A stretch of 57,989 nt of DNA from Nemertoderma westbladi (lineage: Eukaryota; Animalia; Xenacoelomorpha). The position numbers were made by a program, and so were the translations under genes. Positions 11,513 through 24,536 of the stretch are shown piece after piece. The first letter of the stretch is position 1. The number at the start of each line of letters is the position of its first letter. Under the pieces are notes generated by a model. The model saw only the letters and a program-made list of their open reading frames with translations. It was not told where the DNA came from and did no database searches. The DNA lies in contig JAUCBJ010006597.1 of assembly GCA_032718475.1 (NCBI GenBank), forward strand, positions 1 to 57,989, given 5' to 3'.

Positions 11513-14500
11513 TTGGGAGAATGAATAATTATTTTTTTGGGATTTTTTGGGAGAATGAATAATTGATTTTGGGGGATGAATAATCGTTTTTGGGGGATGA
11601 ATAATTGTTTTTGGGGGATGAATAATTGTCTTTGGGGGATGAATAATTGTTTTTGGGGGATGAATAATTGTTTTTGGGGGATGAATAATGTTTTTGGGGG
11701 ATGATTAATTGTTTTTGGGGGATGATTAATTGTTTTTGGGGGATGAATAATTGTTTTTGGGGGATGAATAATTGTCTTTGGGGGATGAATAATTGTTTTT
11801 GGGGGATGAATAATTGTTTTTGGGGGATGAATAATTATTTTTTTGGGATTTTTTGGGAGAATGAATAATTGATTTTGGGGGATGAATAATCGTTTTTGGG
11901 GGATGAATAATTGTTTTTGGGGGATGAATAATTGTCTTTGGGGGATGAATAATTGTTTTTGGGGGATGAATAATTGTTTTTGGGGGATGAATAATGTTTT
12001 TGGGGGATGATTAATTGTTTTTGGGGGATGATTAATTGTTTTTGGGGGATGAATAATTGTTTTTGGGGGATGAATAATTGTCTTTGGGGGATGAATAATT
12101 GTTTTTGGGGGATGAATAATTGTTTTTGGGGGATGAATAATTATTTTATTGGGATTTTTTGGGAGAATGAATAATTGATTTTGGGTGATGAATAATCGTT
12201 TTTGGGGGATGAATAATTGTTTTTGGGGGATGAATAATTGTCTTTGGGGGATGAATAATTGTTTTTGGGGGATGAATAATTGTTTTTGGGGGATGAATAA
12301 TGTTTTTGGGGGATGATTAATTGTTTTTGGGGGATGATTAATTGTTTTTGGGGGATGAATAATTGTTTTTGGGGGATGAATAATTGTCTTTGGGGGATGA
12401 ATAATTGTTTTTGGGGGATGAATAATTGTTTTTGGGGGATGAATAATTATTTTTTTGGGATTTTTTGGGAGAATGAATAATTGATTTTGGGGGATGAATA
12501 ATCGTTTTTGGGGGATGAATAATTGTTTTTGGGGGATGAATAATTGTCTTTGGGGGATGAATAATTGTTTTTGGGGGATGAATAATTGTTTTTGGAGGAT
12601 GAATAATGTTTTTGGGGGATGATTAATTGTTTTTGGGGGATGATTAATTGTTTTTGGGGGATGAATAATTGTTTTTGGGGGATGAATAATTGTCTTTGGG
12701 GGATGAATAATTGTTTTTGGGGGATGAATAATTGTTTTTGAGGGATGAATAATTATTTTTTTGGGATTTTTAGGGAGAATGAATAATTGATTTTGGGGGA
12801 TGAATAATCGTTTTTGGGGGATGAATAATTGTTTTTGGGGGATGAATAATTGTCTTTGGGGGATGAATAATTGTTTTTGGGGGATGAATAATTGTTTTTG
12901 GGGGATGAATAATGTTTTTGGAGGATGATTAATTGTTTTTGGGGGATGATTAATTGTTTTTGGGGGATGAATAATTGTTTTTGGGGGATGAATAATTGTC
13001 TTTGGGGGATGAATAATTGTTTTTGGGGGATGAATAATTGTTTTTGGGGGATGAATAATTATTTTTTTGGGATTTTTTGGGAGAATGAATAATTGATTTT
13101 GGGGGATGAATAATCGTTTTTGGGGGATGAATAATTGTTTTTGGGGGATGAATAATTGTTTTTGGGGGATGAATAATTGTTTTTGGGGGATGAATAATGT
13201 TTTTGGAGGATGATTAATTGTTTTTGGGGGATGATTAATTGTTTTTGGGGGATGAATAATTGTTTTTGGGGGATGAATAATTGTCTTTGGGGGATGAATA
13301 ATTGTTTTTGGGGGATGAATAATTGTTTTTGGGGGATGAATAATGTTTTTGGAGGATGATTAATTGTTTTTGGGGGATGATTAATTGTTTTTGGGGGATG
13401 AATAATTGTTTTTGGGGGATGAATAATTGTCTTTGGGGGATGAATAATTGTTTTTGGGGGATGAATAATTGTTTTTGGGGGATGAATAATTATTTTTTTG
13501 GGATTTTTTGGGAGAATGAATAATTGATTTTGGGGGATGAATAATCGTTTTTGGGGGATGAATAATTGTTTTTGGGGGATGAACAATTGTTTTTGGGGGA
13601 TGATTAATTGTTTTTGGGGGATGAATAATTGTTTTTGGGGGATGAATAATTGTTTTTGGGGGATGAATAATGTTTTTGGGGGATGATTAATTGTTTTTGG
13701 GGGATGATTAATTGTTTTTGGGGGATGAATAATTGTTTTTGGGGGATGAATAATTGTCTTTGGGGGATGAATAATTGTTTTTGGGGGATGAATAATTGTT
13801 TTTGGTGGATGAATAATTATTTTTTTTGGAGAATGAATAATTGATTTTGGGGGATGAATAATTGTTTTTGGGGGATGATTAATTGTTTTTGGGGGATGAA
13901 TAGTTGTTTTTGGGGGATGAATAATTGTTTTTGGGGGATGAATAATTGTTTTTGGGGGATGAATAATTGTCTTTGGGGGATGATTAATTGTTTTTGGGGG
14001 ATGAATAATTGTTTTTGGGGGATGAATAATTGCCTTTGGTGGATGAATAATTGTTTTTGGGGGATGAATAATTGTTTTTGGGGATGAATAATTGTCTTTG
14101 GGGGATGAATAATTGTTTTTGGGGGATGAATAATTGTTTTTGGGGGATGAATAATTGCCTTTGGTGGATGAATAATTGTTTTTGGGGGATGAATAATTGT
14201 TTTTGGGGATGAATAATTGTCTTTGGGGGATGAATAATTGTTTTTGGGGGATGATTAATTGTTTTTGGGGGATGAATAATTGTTTTTGGGGGATGAATAA
14301 TTGCCTTTGGTGGATGAATAATTGTTTTTGGGGGATGAATAATTGTTTTTGGGGGATGAATAATTGTCTTTGGGGGATGAATAATTGTTTTTGGGGGATG
14401 AATAATTGTTTTTGGGGGATGAATAATGTTTTTGGGGGATGATTAATTGTTTTTGGGGGATGATTAATTGTTTTTGGGGGATGAATAATTGTTTTTGGGG

Positions 14501-17500
14501 GATGAATAGTCTTTGGGGGATGAATAATTGTTTTTGGGGGATGAATAATTGTTTTTGGGGGATGAATAATTATTTTTTTGGGATTTTTTGGGAGAATGAA
14601 TAATTGATTTTGGGGGATGAATAATCGTTTTTGGGGGATGAATAATTGTTTTTGGGGGATGAATAATTGTCTTTGGGGGATGAATAATTGTTTTTGGGGG
14701 ATGAATAATTGTTTTTGGGGGATGAATAATGTTTTTGGGGGATGATTAATTGTTTTTGGGGGATGATTAATTGTTTTTGGGGGATGAATAATTGTTTTTG
14801 GGGGATGAATAATTGTCTTTGGGGGATGAATAATTGTTTTTGGGGGATGAATAATTGTTTTTGGGGGATGAATAATTATTTTTTTTGGAGAATGAATAAT
14901 TGATTTTGGGGGATGAATAATTGATTAATTGTTTTTGGGGGATGAATAGTTGTTTTTGGGGGATGAATAATTGTTTTTGGGGGATGAATAATTGTTTTTG
15001 GGGGATGAATAATTGTCTTTGGGGGATGATTAATTGTTTTTGGGGGATGAATAATTGTTTTTGGGGGATGAATAATTGCCTTTGGTGGATGAATAATTGT
15101 TTTTGGGGGATGAATAATTGTTTTTGGGGATGAATAATTGTCTTTGGGGGATGAATAATTGTTTTTGGGGGATGAATAATTGTTTTTGGGGGATGAATAA
15201 TTGCCTTTGGTGGATGAAAAATTGTTTTTGGGGGATGAATAATTGTTTTTGGGGATGAATAATTGTCTTTGGGGGATGAATAATTGTTTTTGGGGGATGA
15301 TTAATTGTTTTTGGGGGATGAATAATTGTTTTTGGGGGATGAATAATTGCCTTTGGTGGATGAATAATTGTTTTTGGGGGATGAATAATTGTTTTTGGGG
15401 ATGAATAATTGTCTTTGGGGGATGAATAATTGTTTTTGGGGGATGAATAATTGTTTTTGGGGGATGAATAATGTTTTTGGGGGATGATTAATTGTTTTTG
15501 GGGGATGATTAATTGTTTTTGGGGGATGAATAATTGTTTTTGGGGGATGAATAATTGTCTTTGGGGGATGAATAATTGTTTTTGGGGGATGAATAATTGT
15601 TTTTGGGGGATGAATAATGTTTTCGGGGGATGATTAATTGTTTTTGGGGGATGATTAATTGTTTTTGGGGGATGAATAATTGTTTTTGGGGGATGAATAA
15701 TTGTCTTTGGGGGATGAATAATTGTTTTTGGGGGATGAATAATTGTTTTTGGGGGATGAATAATTGTCTTTGGGGGATGAATAATTGTTTTTGGGGGATG
15801 AATAATTGTTTTTGGGGGATGAATAATTATTTTTTTTGGAGAATGAATAATTGATTTTGGGGGATGAATAATTGTTTTTGGGGGATGATTAATTGTTTTT
15901 GGGGGATGAATAATTGTTTTTGGGGGATGGATAATTGTCTTTGGGGGATGAATAATTGTTTTTGGGGGATGAATAATTGTTTTTGGGGGATGAATAATTA
16001 TTTTTTTTGGAGAATGAATAATTGATTTTGGGGGATGAATAATTGTTTTTGGGGGATGATTAATTGTTTTTGGGGGATGAATAATTGTTTTTGGGGGATG
16101 AATAATTGTCTTTGGGGGATGAATAATTGTTTTTGGGGGATGAATAATTGTTTTTGGGGGATGAATAATTATTTTTTTTGGAGAATAAATAATTGATTTT
16201 GGGGGATGAATAATTGTTTTTGGGGGATGAATAATTGATTTTGGGGGATGAATAATTGTTTTTGGGGGATGATTAATTGTTTTTGGGGGATGAATAATTG
16301 TTTTTGGGGGATGAATAATTGTCTTTGGGGGATGAATAATTGTTTTTGGGGGATGAATAATTGTTTTTGGGGGATGAATAATCAGTTTTTTTGGAGAATG
16401 AATAATTGATTTTGGGGGATGAATAATTGTTTTTGGGGGATGAATAATGTTTTTGGGGGATGATTAATTGTTTTTGGGCGATGAATAATTGTTTTTGGGG
16501 GATGAATAATTGTCTTTGGGGGATGAATAATTGTTTTTGGGGGATGAATAATTGTTTTTGGGGGATGAATAATTATTTTTTTTGGAGAATGAATAATTGA
16601 TTTTGGGGGATGAATAGTTATTATTGGGAGAATGAATAATTAATTTTTGGGGGGATGAATAATTGTTTTTGGGGGGTGAATAATTGTTTTTGGGGGGTGA
16701 ATAAATGTTTTTGGGGGACGAATTATTGTTTTTGGGGGATGAATAAATGTTTTTGGGGGACGAATTATTGTTTTTGGGGGATGAATAATTGTTTTTGGGG
16801 GATGAATAATTGTTTTTGGGGGATGAATAATTATTTTTTTTGGAGAATGAATAATTGATTTTGGGGGATGAATAGTTATTATTGGGAGAATGAATAATTA
16901 ATTTTTGGGGGGATGAATAATTGTTTTTTGGGGGTGAATAATTGTTTTTGGGGGGTGAATAAATGTTTTTGGGGGACGAATTATTGTTTTTGGGGGATGA
17001 ATAATTGTTTTTGGGGGGTGAATAAATGTTTTTGGGGGACGAATTATTGTTTTTGGGGGATGAATAATTGTTTTTGGGGGGTGAATAAATGTTTTTGGGG
17101 GACGAATTATTGTTTTTGGGGGATGAATAATTGTTTTTGGGGGATGAATAATTATTTTTTTTGGAGAATGAATAATTGATTTTGGGGGATGAATAATTGT
17201 TTTTGGAGGATGATTAATTGTTTTTGGGGGATGAATAGTTATTATTGGGAGAATGAATAATTAATTTTTGGGGGGATGAATAATTGTTTTTGGGGGGTGA
17301 ATAATTGTTTTTGGGGGGTGAATAAATGTTTTTGGGGGACGAATTATTGTTTTTGGAGGATGATTAATTGTTTCTGGGGGATGAATAATTGTTTTTGGGG
17401 GATGAACAATTGTTTTTGGGGGGTGAATAATTGTTTTTGGGGGGTGAATAAATGTTTTTGGGGGACGAATTATTGTTTTTGGGGGATGAATAATTGTTTT

Positions 17501-18368
17501 TGGAGGATGATTAATTGTTTCTGGGGGATGAATAATTGTTTTTGGGGGATGAACAATTGTTTTTGGGGGGTGAATAATTGTTTTTGGGGGGTGAAGGGGG
17601 ACGAATTATTGTTTTTGGGGGATGAATAATTGTTTTTGGAGGATGATTAATTGTTTCTGGGGGATGAATAATTGTTTTTGGGGGATGAACAATTGTTTTT
17701 GGGGGGTGAATAATTGTTTTTGGGGGGGTGAATAAATGTTTTTGGGGGACGAATTATTGTTTTTGGGGGATGAATAATTGTTTTTGGAGGATGATTAATT
17801 GTTTTTTGGGGATGAATAATTGTTTTTGGGGGGTGAATAATTGTTTTTGGGGGGTGAATAAATGTTTTTGGGGGACGAATTATTGTTTTTGGGGGATGAA
17901 TAATTGTTTTTGGAGGATGATTAATTGTTTCTGGGGGATGAATAATTGTTTTTGGGGGATGAACAATTGTTTTTGGGGGATGAACATTTTTTTTGGGGGG
18001 TGAGTAATTGTTTTTGGGGGACGAATTATTCTTTTTGGGGGATGAATAATTGTTTTTGGAGGATGATTAATTGTTTCTGGGGGATGAATAATTGTTTTTG
18101 GGGGGTGAATAATTGTTTTTGGGGGGTGAATAAATGTTTTTGGGGGACGAATTATTGTTTTTGGGGGATGAATAATTGTTTTTGGAGGATGATTAATTGT
18201 TTCTGGGGGATGAATAATTGTTTTTGGGGGATGAATAATTGTTTTTGGGGGGTGAATAATTGTTTTTGGGGGATGAATAATTGTTTTTGGGGGATGAATA
18301 ATTGTTTTTGGGGGGTGAATAATTGTTTTTGGGGGATGAATAATTGTTTTTGGGGGATGAATAATTGT
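11513..18368. repeat. 21-bp satellite array (~6.9 kb) with higher-order structure
   Basis: Unit GGGGGATGAATAATTGTTTTT; marker variant ATTTTTTTGGGATTTTTTGGGAGA recurs at 11531, 11837, 12143, 12449, 12755 and 13061 (306-bp period). Confidence 0.97.
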
Positions 18369-18703
18369 GGAGTGTGGCTGGGTTGGGGGGTGCTAGAGGA
18401 AGGGGTGTGGCTGGGTTGGGGGGTGCTAGAGGAAGGAGTGTGGCTGGGTTTGGGGGTGCTAGAGGAAGGAGTGTGGCTGGGTTGGGGGGTGCTAGAGGAA
18501 GGAGTGTGGCTGGGTTGGGGGGTGCTAGAGGGAGGAGTGTGGCTGGGTTGGGGGGTGCTAGAGGAAGGAGTGTGGCTGGGTTGGGGGGTGCTAGAGGAAG
18601 GAGTGTGGCTGGGTTGGGGGGTGCTAGAGGAAGGAGTGTGGCTGGGTTGGGGGGTGCTAGAGGAAGGAGTGTGGCTGGGTTGGGGGTGCTAGAGGAAGGA
18701 GTG
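18369..18703. repeat. 33-bp G-rich tandem repeat (~10 copies)
   Basis: Unit GGAGTGTGGCTGGGTTGGGGGGTGCTAGAGGAA, directly abutting the 21-bp array. Confidence 0.95.
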
Positions 18704-19738
18704 GGGGTGATCGTGAAGGTATTGATGAAGGTAGTACTGATAGTGAGGATACATTTTATGGATTTGAACTAGTGCATTTGAATTGAAAAATAAAAATTTC
18801 CGAACATTCCATTTCATTGTTGTATTTATTTTTTGCATGTACGTACCCACCCCACACCCCCCATTCATTCATTCCCCTATCCAATGGTACTTGTCCTGCC
18901 TGTAACCAATAATTATGCATAAAATTTGGTTACAGGCAGTGGACAGAAGTTACAGGCGGTGACACCTCTTGTGGGGTCGATAGCATTTTATGGTGACATA
19001 ATTAAGGTCGGCCAGTGACACCACTACATTCTACTGATGCTCAGGTTTCAGAAAATATATAGTTTGCCTCGGTTTCCGAGAATTTTTTTTAAAAACAAAA
19101 TTTGGCCACTTTTTTGTATATTGCGCCCACATAGGACCGTTTTATGGTCAGCCCTTCAATTGTTTTTGGGGGATGAATAATTGTTTTTGGGGATGAACTA
19201 TAGAGAGATATTCAAAATTGGGGGATGTAAATTGGTGCTACAAAAAAATATATTTGGTGCTAACTGCTAAATATTTATTTTGGTGTGAAATCATCTAATT
19301 TGGGGTGGCATTCAATTAGTGGCGTTTCATAAGCAGTTGCATGGGGTGAGGGGAGCCTTAGAAGGGGGGTAGCGGGTAGCGGATAAAACCCGCAGAGGTA
19401 AAAAGATAAATATAAAACAGCTTTACATTTCTTGAACAAGAACAAACAGAGAAACACATAAGACGGTGTTGGTAGTATAGAGAGAGCGAGAAGCAAAACC
19501 TAAAACTAAAACTAAACCCAATACTGAAACATTATCAAGATCAGTTGCTGACATGATATTATTCAAACGCTCATAATTGTAAAATAAGTTTATTAACGAC
19601 TTCGAGTCACTGTAGCCTAGCAACGCATTCGCAACGAGTCTCATTATATAGGCGATCGACGGTCTCAGAAACAACATCCTTTACTTTATCGGTCACAAGT
19701 AGAATGTGCATTTATTATAAAGAAGGTAGTCGCGACGA

Positions 19739-22246
19739 TTAGGCCGGGACGAGTACCACGATCATATGATCCTCTCTCGCCGAGTCGTACTCGATCCGCG
19801 GCGAGTAGCGACGCAAGGTCTCGCGCCCGAAGTCGCTGGGCGGGAACGCGTGTACGACGACCTGTTGAGGCGCGCGGCTCGACGACTCCAACGAGATAAT
19901 ACCGGCGGCGTCCTTCTGCTTGAGATACGAGACGAGATTGTGTATGGGACGGGATTGGGTGCCGCTGGGCGGTTTGGTGGTGCGGCTCTCGACGCCGAGA
20001 CAAAGAAACAATGCGAACCGCGTGTTACCGGCGTAATCGATGCGGCGTCTCACTTCCTCGATCTTAGTCGGTTCCATTCGGAGTCGCTGAGTAATCTTCA
20101 AGGATTTAACCTGGTAGTTGAGCATCGCGTTGCTGTACGACGGATCTCCGGAGACGAGGTAGAGACTCGAGTAAAACGCGCTGTTCTTAAGAACGAAGTC
20201 CCCGGTCCAAATGAGGTCGGAGAGGTTGGCGAGCTCCTGTATGGAGACGGCGTCGGCTCGAGTGCGACCGTCCCGAGGCGGACCGACGGGCGGCCGACCG
20301 CCGTACCGGTTGTAGTCCCGCCCAAAGTCCCGGGCCCCGTAGTCCGGCCGCGACCCGTAGCGCCCGCGCGAGTCGTAGCCCCCCTCCGTCGTCCGGCGAC
20401 GCTCGTCCTTGCGATCGCTCGCCCCGCTGCCGCCGCCGCCGCCGCCGCCGGGGTAGAAGTTGTGGAACCGCTTGTCCGGCTCCTCATCCGCGTAATCGAT
20501 CCGCAGCCGTCGACCGGGCGTCAACGCGAACCCGCGCAACCCCTTCTTGGCCCCGCTCGACGCGTCCACATTGTCGAACAGCACGTAGGCCTGCGAGTCC
20601 CCGGGGGTGTATTCGATCTTCTTTAGGACGCCGAACCTATCGAACTCGCGTTCCAACAACTCCAAGGTTGCCTCGGTTCCCAACCCGCCGACCCATAGAA
20701 CCCGGGTGGGTAACGCCTTCCCGTAGCCGATCCGGACGTGCGACTTCCCGATCAGCGATCCCTGCATCGCGATCTTGGCTTTGTAGGCCATGTCGAGGTT
20801 TCCGTACTTCATGAAGGCGAACGTGGCCCCGGCCCGTCGCTTTATATCGATCTCCTCGACGACTCCGTACCGACCGAACGTCGTCCGCAGTTCGTCTTCC
20901 GAAACAGATTCCTCGAGATTCCCGATGAAGATGGTGCGAGTCGCGTAGTCGTCGTCCTCCGGGGAGGGGGTCTCGTCCGCAGGGTGAGACTGGAGCGGCG
21001 TGGAAGTCGCTCCAGCGGGGGGCCCCGTCACCGGCATCACCATGCCCCCAGGCTGGGGGGCGAAGGGGGGCGCTCCCGGCATCATCATCGGCATCATACC
21101 GGGGTAGCCCATGGGAGGAGGGGGCTGCCCCGGGGCCATCCCGGGGGGCAGCATCATGGGGGGCTGGAAGGGGGGGCGGGGGGCGTAGGCGATGGGGGGG
21201 AACCCGCGAGGGGGCTGCCCCGGGGGGTAGGGAGCCGCTACCGTTGGGTAGGACAGGGGCTGGGTCGCCATAGGAGGCTGCGGCATGCGGAAGGCCGGAG
21301 CCTGTGGGAAGGGGGCGGCGGCCGCTGGGTTATAGGGGGGGTTGGGAGGGGGACCCGGTTGGTAGGGGGCTGTGAGGGGGGGCGCCCCCGCGGCCCGGGG
21401 CTGCTGGGGCGGCATCCCGGGGGGAGGAGCGCCCCCTGGCGGGGCTCCTTGGAACCGGGGGTCCCCGCTGGGGGCGTTGTACTGCGCGACGGTGGCAGGT
21501 CCCGGGGGAGGCTGCCCCCCAACGGTGGGGGGCCGGGGGGCGTTGGGGTAGCTGTTGTACGCGGCGGGGGGCCGGTTGAACGGCGCCGACTGCGGGGGGG
21601 CTCCCGCGTTGGGGGGCGGCCGGAAGGGGGCGCTGCTGGGGTGTGGCGCCCCGCCGTAGGGGGCAGGGGGGCCGCCCCCCGGGGCCGCGGGGCCCCGGTA
21701 TTGAGGGGGCATCGGATAGTGCTGCTGGGCTGGGGGCTGCCCTTGGTAGTTGGGGTTGAATTGGGGGGCAGTGGGAGGGGGGTACTGCGCGGGGGGCGGC
21801 CCCCCTTGCTGCAGTGGTTGCGGCGTCGGCTGCTGCTGGTTCGGTTGACCGGGACTCACGAAATAATCCCGTATTTTATCGTACAACGGCTCCACTGTTA
21901 ACGGCCGTTCGAACATACTCAGGTTGGATCGAACTATCTTGGCTTCCTGCGCGCTCTCCGGCGTCTTAAACTCAACGAAGGCTTCTCGCGAGTCGCTGTG
22001 ACCGCTCACACGCACTGTGACGTCACCGAATCGCTTGAACTGGTGACGCAGACAGTCGGTTATCTCCACGTCGGTGCACTCCCTGGTGAACCCGGTGATA
22101 TGCAGAGTTCGGAAGGAGTAGATGCCGTTGGGGTCGCCCCCGTTGGCGATGGGGGCGACGGCGGGACGGGGCCGTTTATACGGCGGTTCCCCTGCGTCGC
22201 CGCCCCACGAAGTCTCTGGTTCGACCCCGGGCGGTGGTGGTTCCAT
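19739..22246 (-). CDS. RBM15: RNA-binding protein 15 / Spenito (SPEN family; m6A writer adaptor)
   Basis: 835-aa uninterrupted ORF: RRM1 (RTLHITGF...AFVEF), Pro-rich linker, RRM2 (ATRTIFIGNLE...FGRYGVVEEIDIKR...IGYGKA), RRM3 (LWVGGLG...LEREFDRFG...RLRIDYA), C-terminal SPOC domain (WTGDFVLKNS...LKITQRLRM...NLVSYLKQKDAAGII...AFPP). Confidence 0.95.
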   Translation of the reverse strand: MEPPPPGVEPETSWGGDAGEPPYKRPRPAVAPIANGGDPNGIYSFRTLHITGFTRECTDVEITDCLRHQFKRFGDVTVRVSGHSDSREAFVEFKTPESAQEAKIVRSNLSMFERPLTVEPLYDKIRDYFVSPGQPNQQQPTPQPLQQGGPPPAQYPPPTAPQFNPNYQGQPPAQQHYPMPPQYRGPAAPGGGPPAPYGGAPHPSSAPFRPPPNAGAPPQSAPFNRPPAAYNSYPNAPRPPTVGGQPPPGPATVAQYNAPSGDPRFQGAPPGGAPPPGMPPQQPRAAGAPPLTAPYQPGPPPNPPYNPAAAAPFPQAPAFRMPQPPMATQPLSYPTVAAPYPPGQPPRGFPPIAYAPRPPFQPPMMLPPGMAPGQPPPPMGYPGMMPMMMPGAPPFAPQPGGMVMPVTGPPAGATSTPLQSHPADETPSPEDDDYATRTIFIGNLEESVSEDELRTTFGRYGVVEEIDIKRRAGATFAFMKYGNLDMAYKAKIAMQGSLIGKSHVRIGYGKALPTRVLWVGGLGTEATLELLEREFDRFGVLKKIEYTPGDSQAYVLFDNVDASSGAKKGLRGFALTPGRRLRIDYADEEPDKRFHNFYPGGGGGGGSGASDRKDERRRTTEGGYDSRGRYGSRPDYGARDFGRDYNRYGGRPPVGPPRDGRTRADAVSIQELANLSDLIWTGDFVLKNSAFYSSLYLVSGDPSYSNAMLNYQVKSLKITQRLRMEPTKIEEVRRRIDYAGNTRFALFLCLGVESRTTKPPSGTQSRPIHNLVSYLKQKDAAGIISLESSSRAPQQVVVHAFPPSDFGRETLRRYSPRIEYDSAREDHMIVVLVPA

Positions 22247-24536
22247 CTCTGCTTCCGAAATATTCCAACTTCACTTAATAAAACTCGTAGAAACGGAAAA
22301 TCCTAAAAACAAAAAATACAAAAATCCTTAAAAATAACACAAACTCGCCTTGTTATTAAAACACAACTGGACCTATAAATGTTTCAGGATTTCGAGTATT
22401 ATAGGTCACGGTTTGTATCATAATATGTAATTATATAATATCCAATATATAGGGGCCTAGGTAATGTTTGGCTAAATTTGATGTTCAGAATCAACATAAG
22501 AGGTTTATATATTCCTGTTGGGATCAAAAGATATGTAAATAAATACCCCATTGGACTTGGCCGATATTATAACGGGCATCAACAATTATTTACGGCGGCT
22601 GATTTGGGCCAATTTGTATCCATTTTGTTGGAGATGAGAATTATTGTGAACAAATGTAAATGGAAAACCGTTTCGAATTAGAGTAGGAAAATTTCAAACT
22701 AATTAGGAAATATAAAAAGTTTCTAATTAAATTCTACACTTAATTGGTTAAAGTGGAAAAATTAAGAAGTAAAGAAATATTGGAGTGGAAATTGCGCTGA
22801 ATGAGGTACCAGTATTAATGTTGCTATTCGATATGAAATGCAGCTAAAATGTAGACACTTTAGTTTGAGACTTTTTATATTTTCTACTTTAGTTTGAAAC
22901 TATTTCTTTCTTTTGTTTAAAATGATTTTCTTCGCCAATAAAAATGTAAACTTAATTAGCCTACATCAGCCACAGTAACAATTGCGTTTGTTTTATTATA
23001 TTCGCCATTTCACATTGGTGCTCGGATTAGAAACATCTCTAAGTGTTTCAGAAAATAATGTGAAGCTGAAACGCTTGTTGCGGTGTTGTGTGTTAATGAA
23101 TCGTTTATTGCTTTGGTTCGAATATCAAGCTAACTGTAAAATGCAATGGCTATTATAATCCTTTAATTATTAATGTTGTTTATTCGCCCAGAAGATATAT
23201 TCAGTGGACGATTTAGAATTTATTCATCCTATTCGATTTAAATTCGTCAATAGTTCTACCGCAGTTCGTCCATTAAATTAACCCTATTGGTAAATGTTGG
23301 GCGATTGTGGTAGAGAATAAAGATAGAAAGGTGGCTTCAGCCAGGTTTCAAAATTATGTTGCCGACACTTTAATGAAGTTGTTTGGGTTGAGATATCAGG
23401 GTTCGAAAGTGTTATGAGAAAGTCTAAATTTCAAATTTTGTCTTTTGACAAAACTAACTAAAATTAAAATTAACTAAGCTCTACAACGCAAATACCACGA
23501 GATAAAGCTGAATTTCGTTAAACAACAGTCCATATATTTTCATCCAAATAAAAATGTGCCTAATTACAAACAAAAAGGTACTGAAACACATTGATATATT
23601 TTTGTATTATCTATCTCTAGTCTATACTATATTTGATTCTCTATATTATATACTGTCAGAATGTTAGGTATGCAAATAAACAGCACAAACTTTCAAATTT
23701 CGACTTTCTTTCAAACCCTAATATGTTATATAGCCCTTTCACAACTAATATTTTTTAAATCTGCAACGTAATTTTTTTACAACATTCGTTTATTATTGCC
23801 CTGTCGGAAAATAACATCATTGATTCCGTAGCGCAATAGAATTAAGAGCAAAATTACGTTTATAATTATTATAGCTATACAATCCTCGCTACGCGAGAAT
23901 GGTCAAAAATAACTAGAAACAAATATCTTTACCATGATTGTAGTTGGATGCGCGATTTAACCCGGGGCAAACAAACACTATCCTCGAGTCTTCACACTAA
24001 GATTTCATGGAAATCAAATCTCATGCAAATCTAGTCTATAAAGTTTGAACTTTGAAATATATTTATGATCCGAAAGTCATAATGTTGCAATAAAATAATC
24101 AAAAACAAGAATCACCCTACAGACAACTCGCTACGTAAACTTCACTAGAGTCGGGTGTGACTTAAAATTTAACTATTAAATTTATTATTCTGCCAGAACA
24201 TATATTTTTCTAAATGCATCTGAAAATATTCGAATAATCAAATATAGCAGGTAACTACAGAGTTAATTGCTACATTTGTGGCATATTTCAATAAATTTGA
24301 ATTGTCAAAACACAAGTACAAAGACGCATACCAGTATTGCATTTTTTTTTCAGCATTAAAACAATTTGAAACGGAAGAATTAAAATTTTTTTAATCGGAT
24401 TAATATCATATTAATGTGAATTTTATACTTATCAGAATTTCAAATAAATATACAATACAAATATATAAACAAGCAAAATTTCAAAAACATTAATTTCATT
24501 TTATAAACTAAAACACCGAGGAAATGCGGTACCCCC

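Noticed and set aside
13059-18772. MNNCFWG and GVWLGWGVLEE repeat ORFs
   Set aside because: Satellite translations broken by frequent 1-bp indels.
19766-21901. Antisense and alternate-frame ORFs of 286 and 387 aa over RBM15
   Set aside because: Expected shadow ORFs of a very GC-rich coding region; no recognisable motifs.
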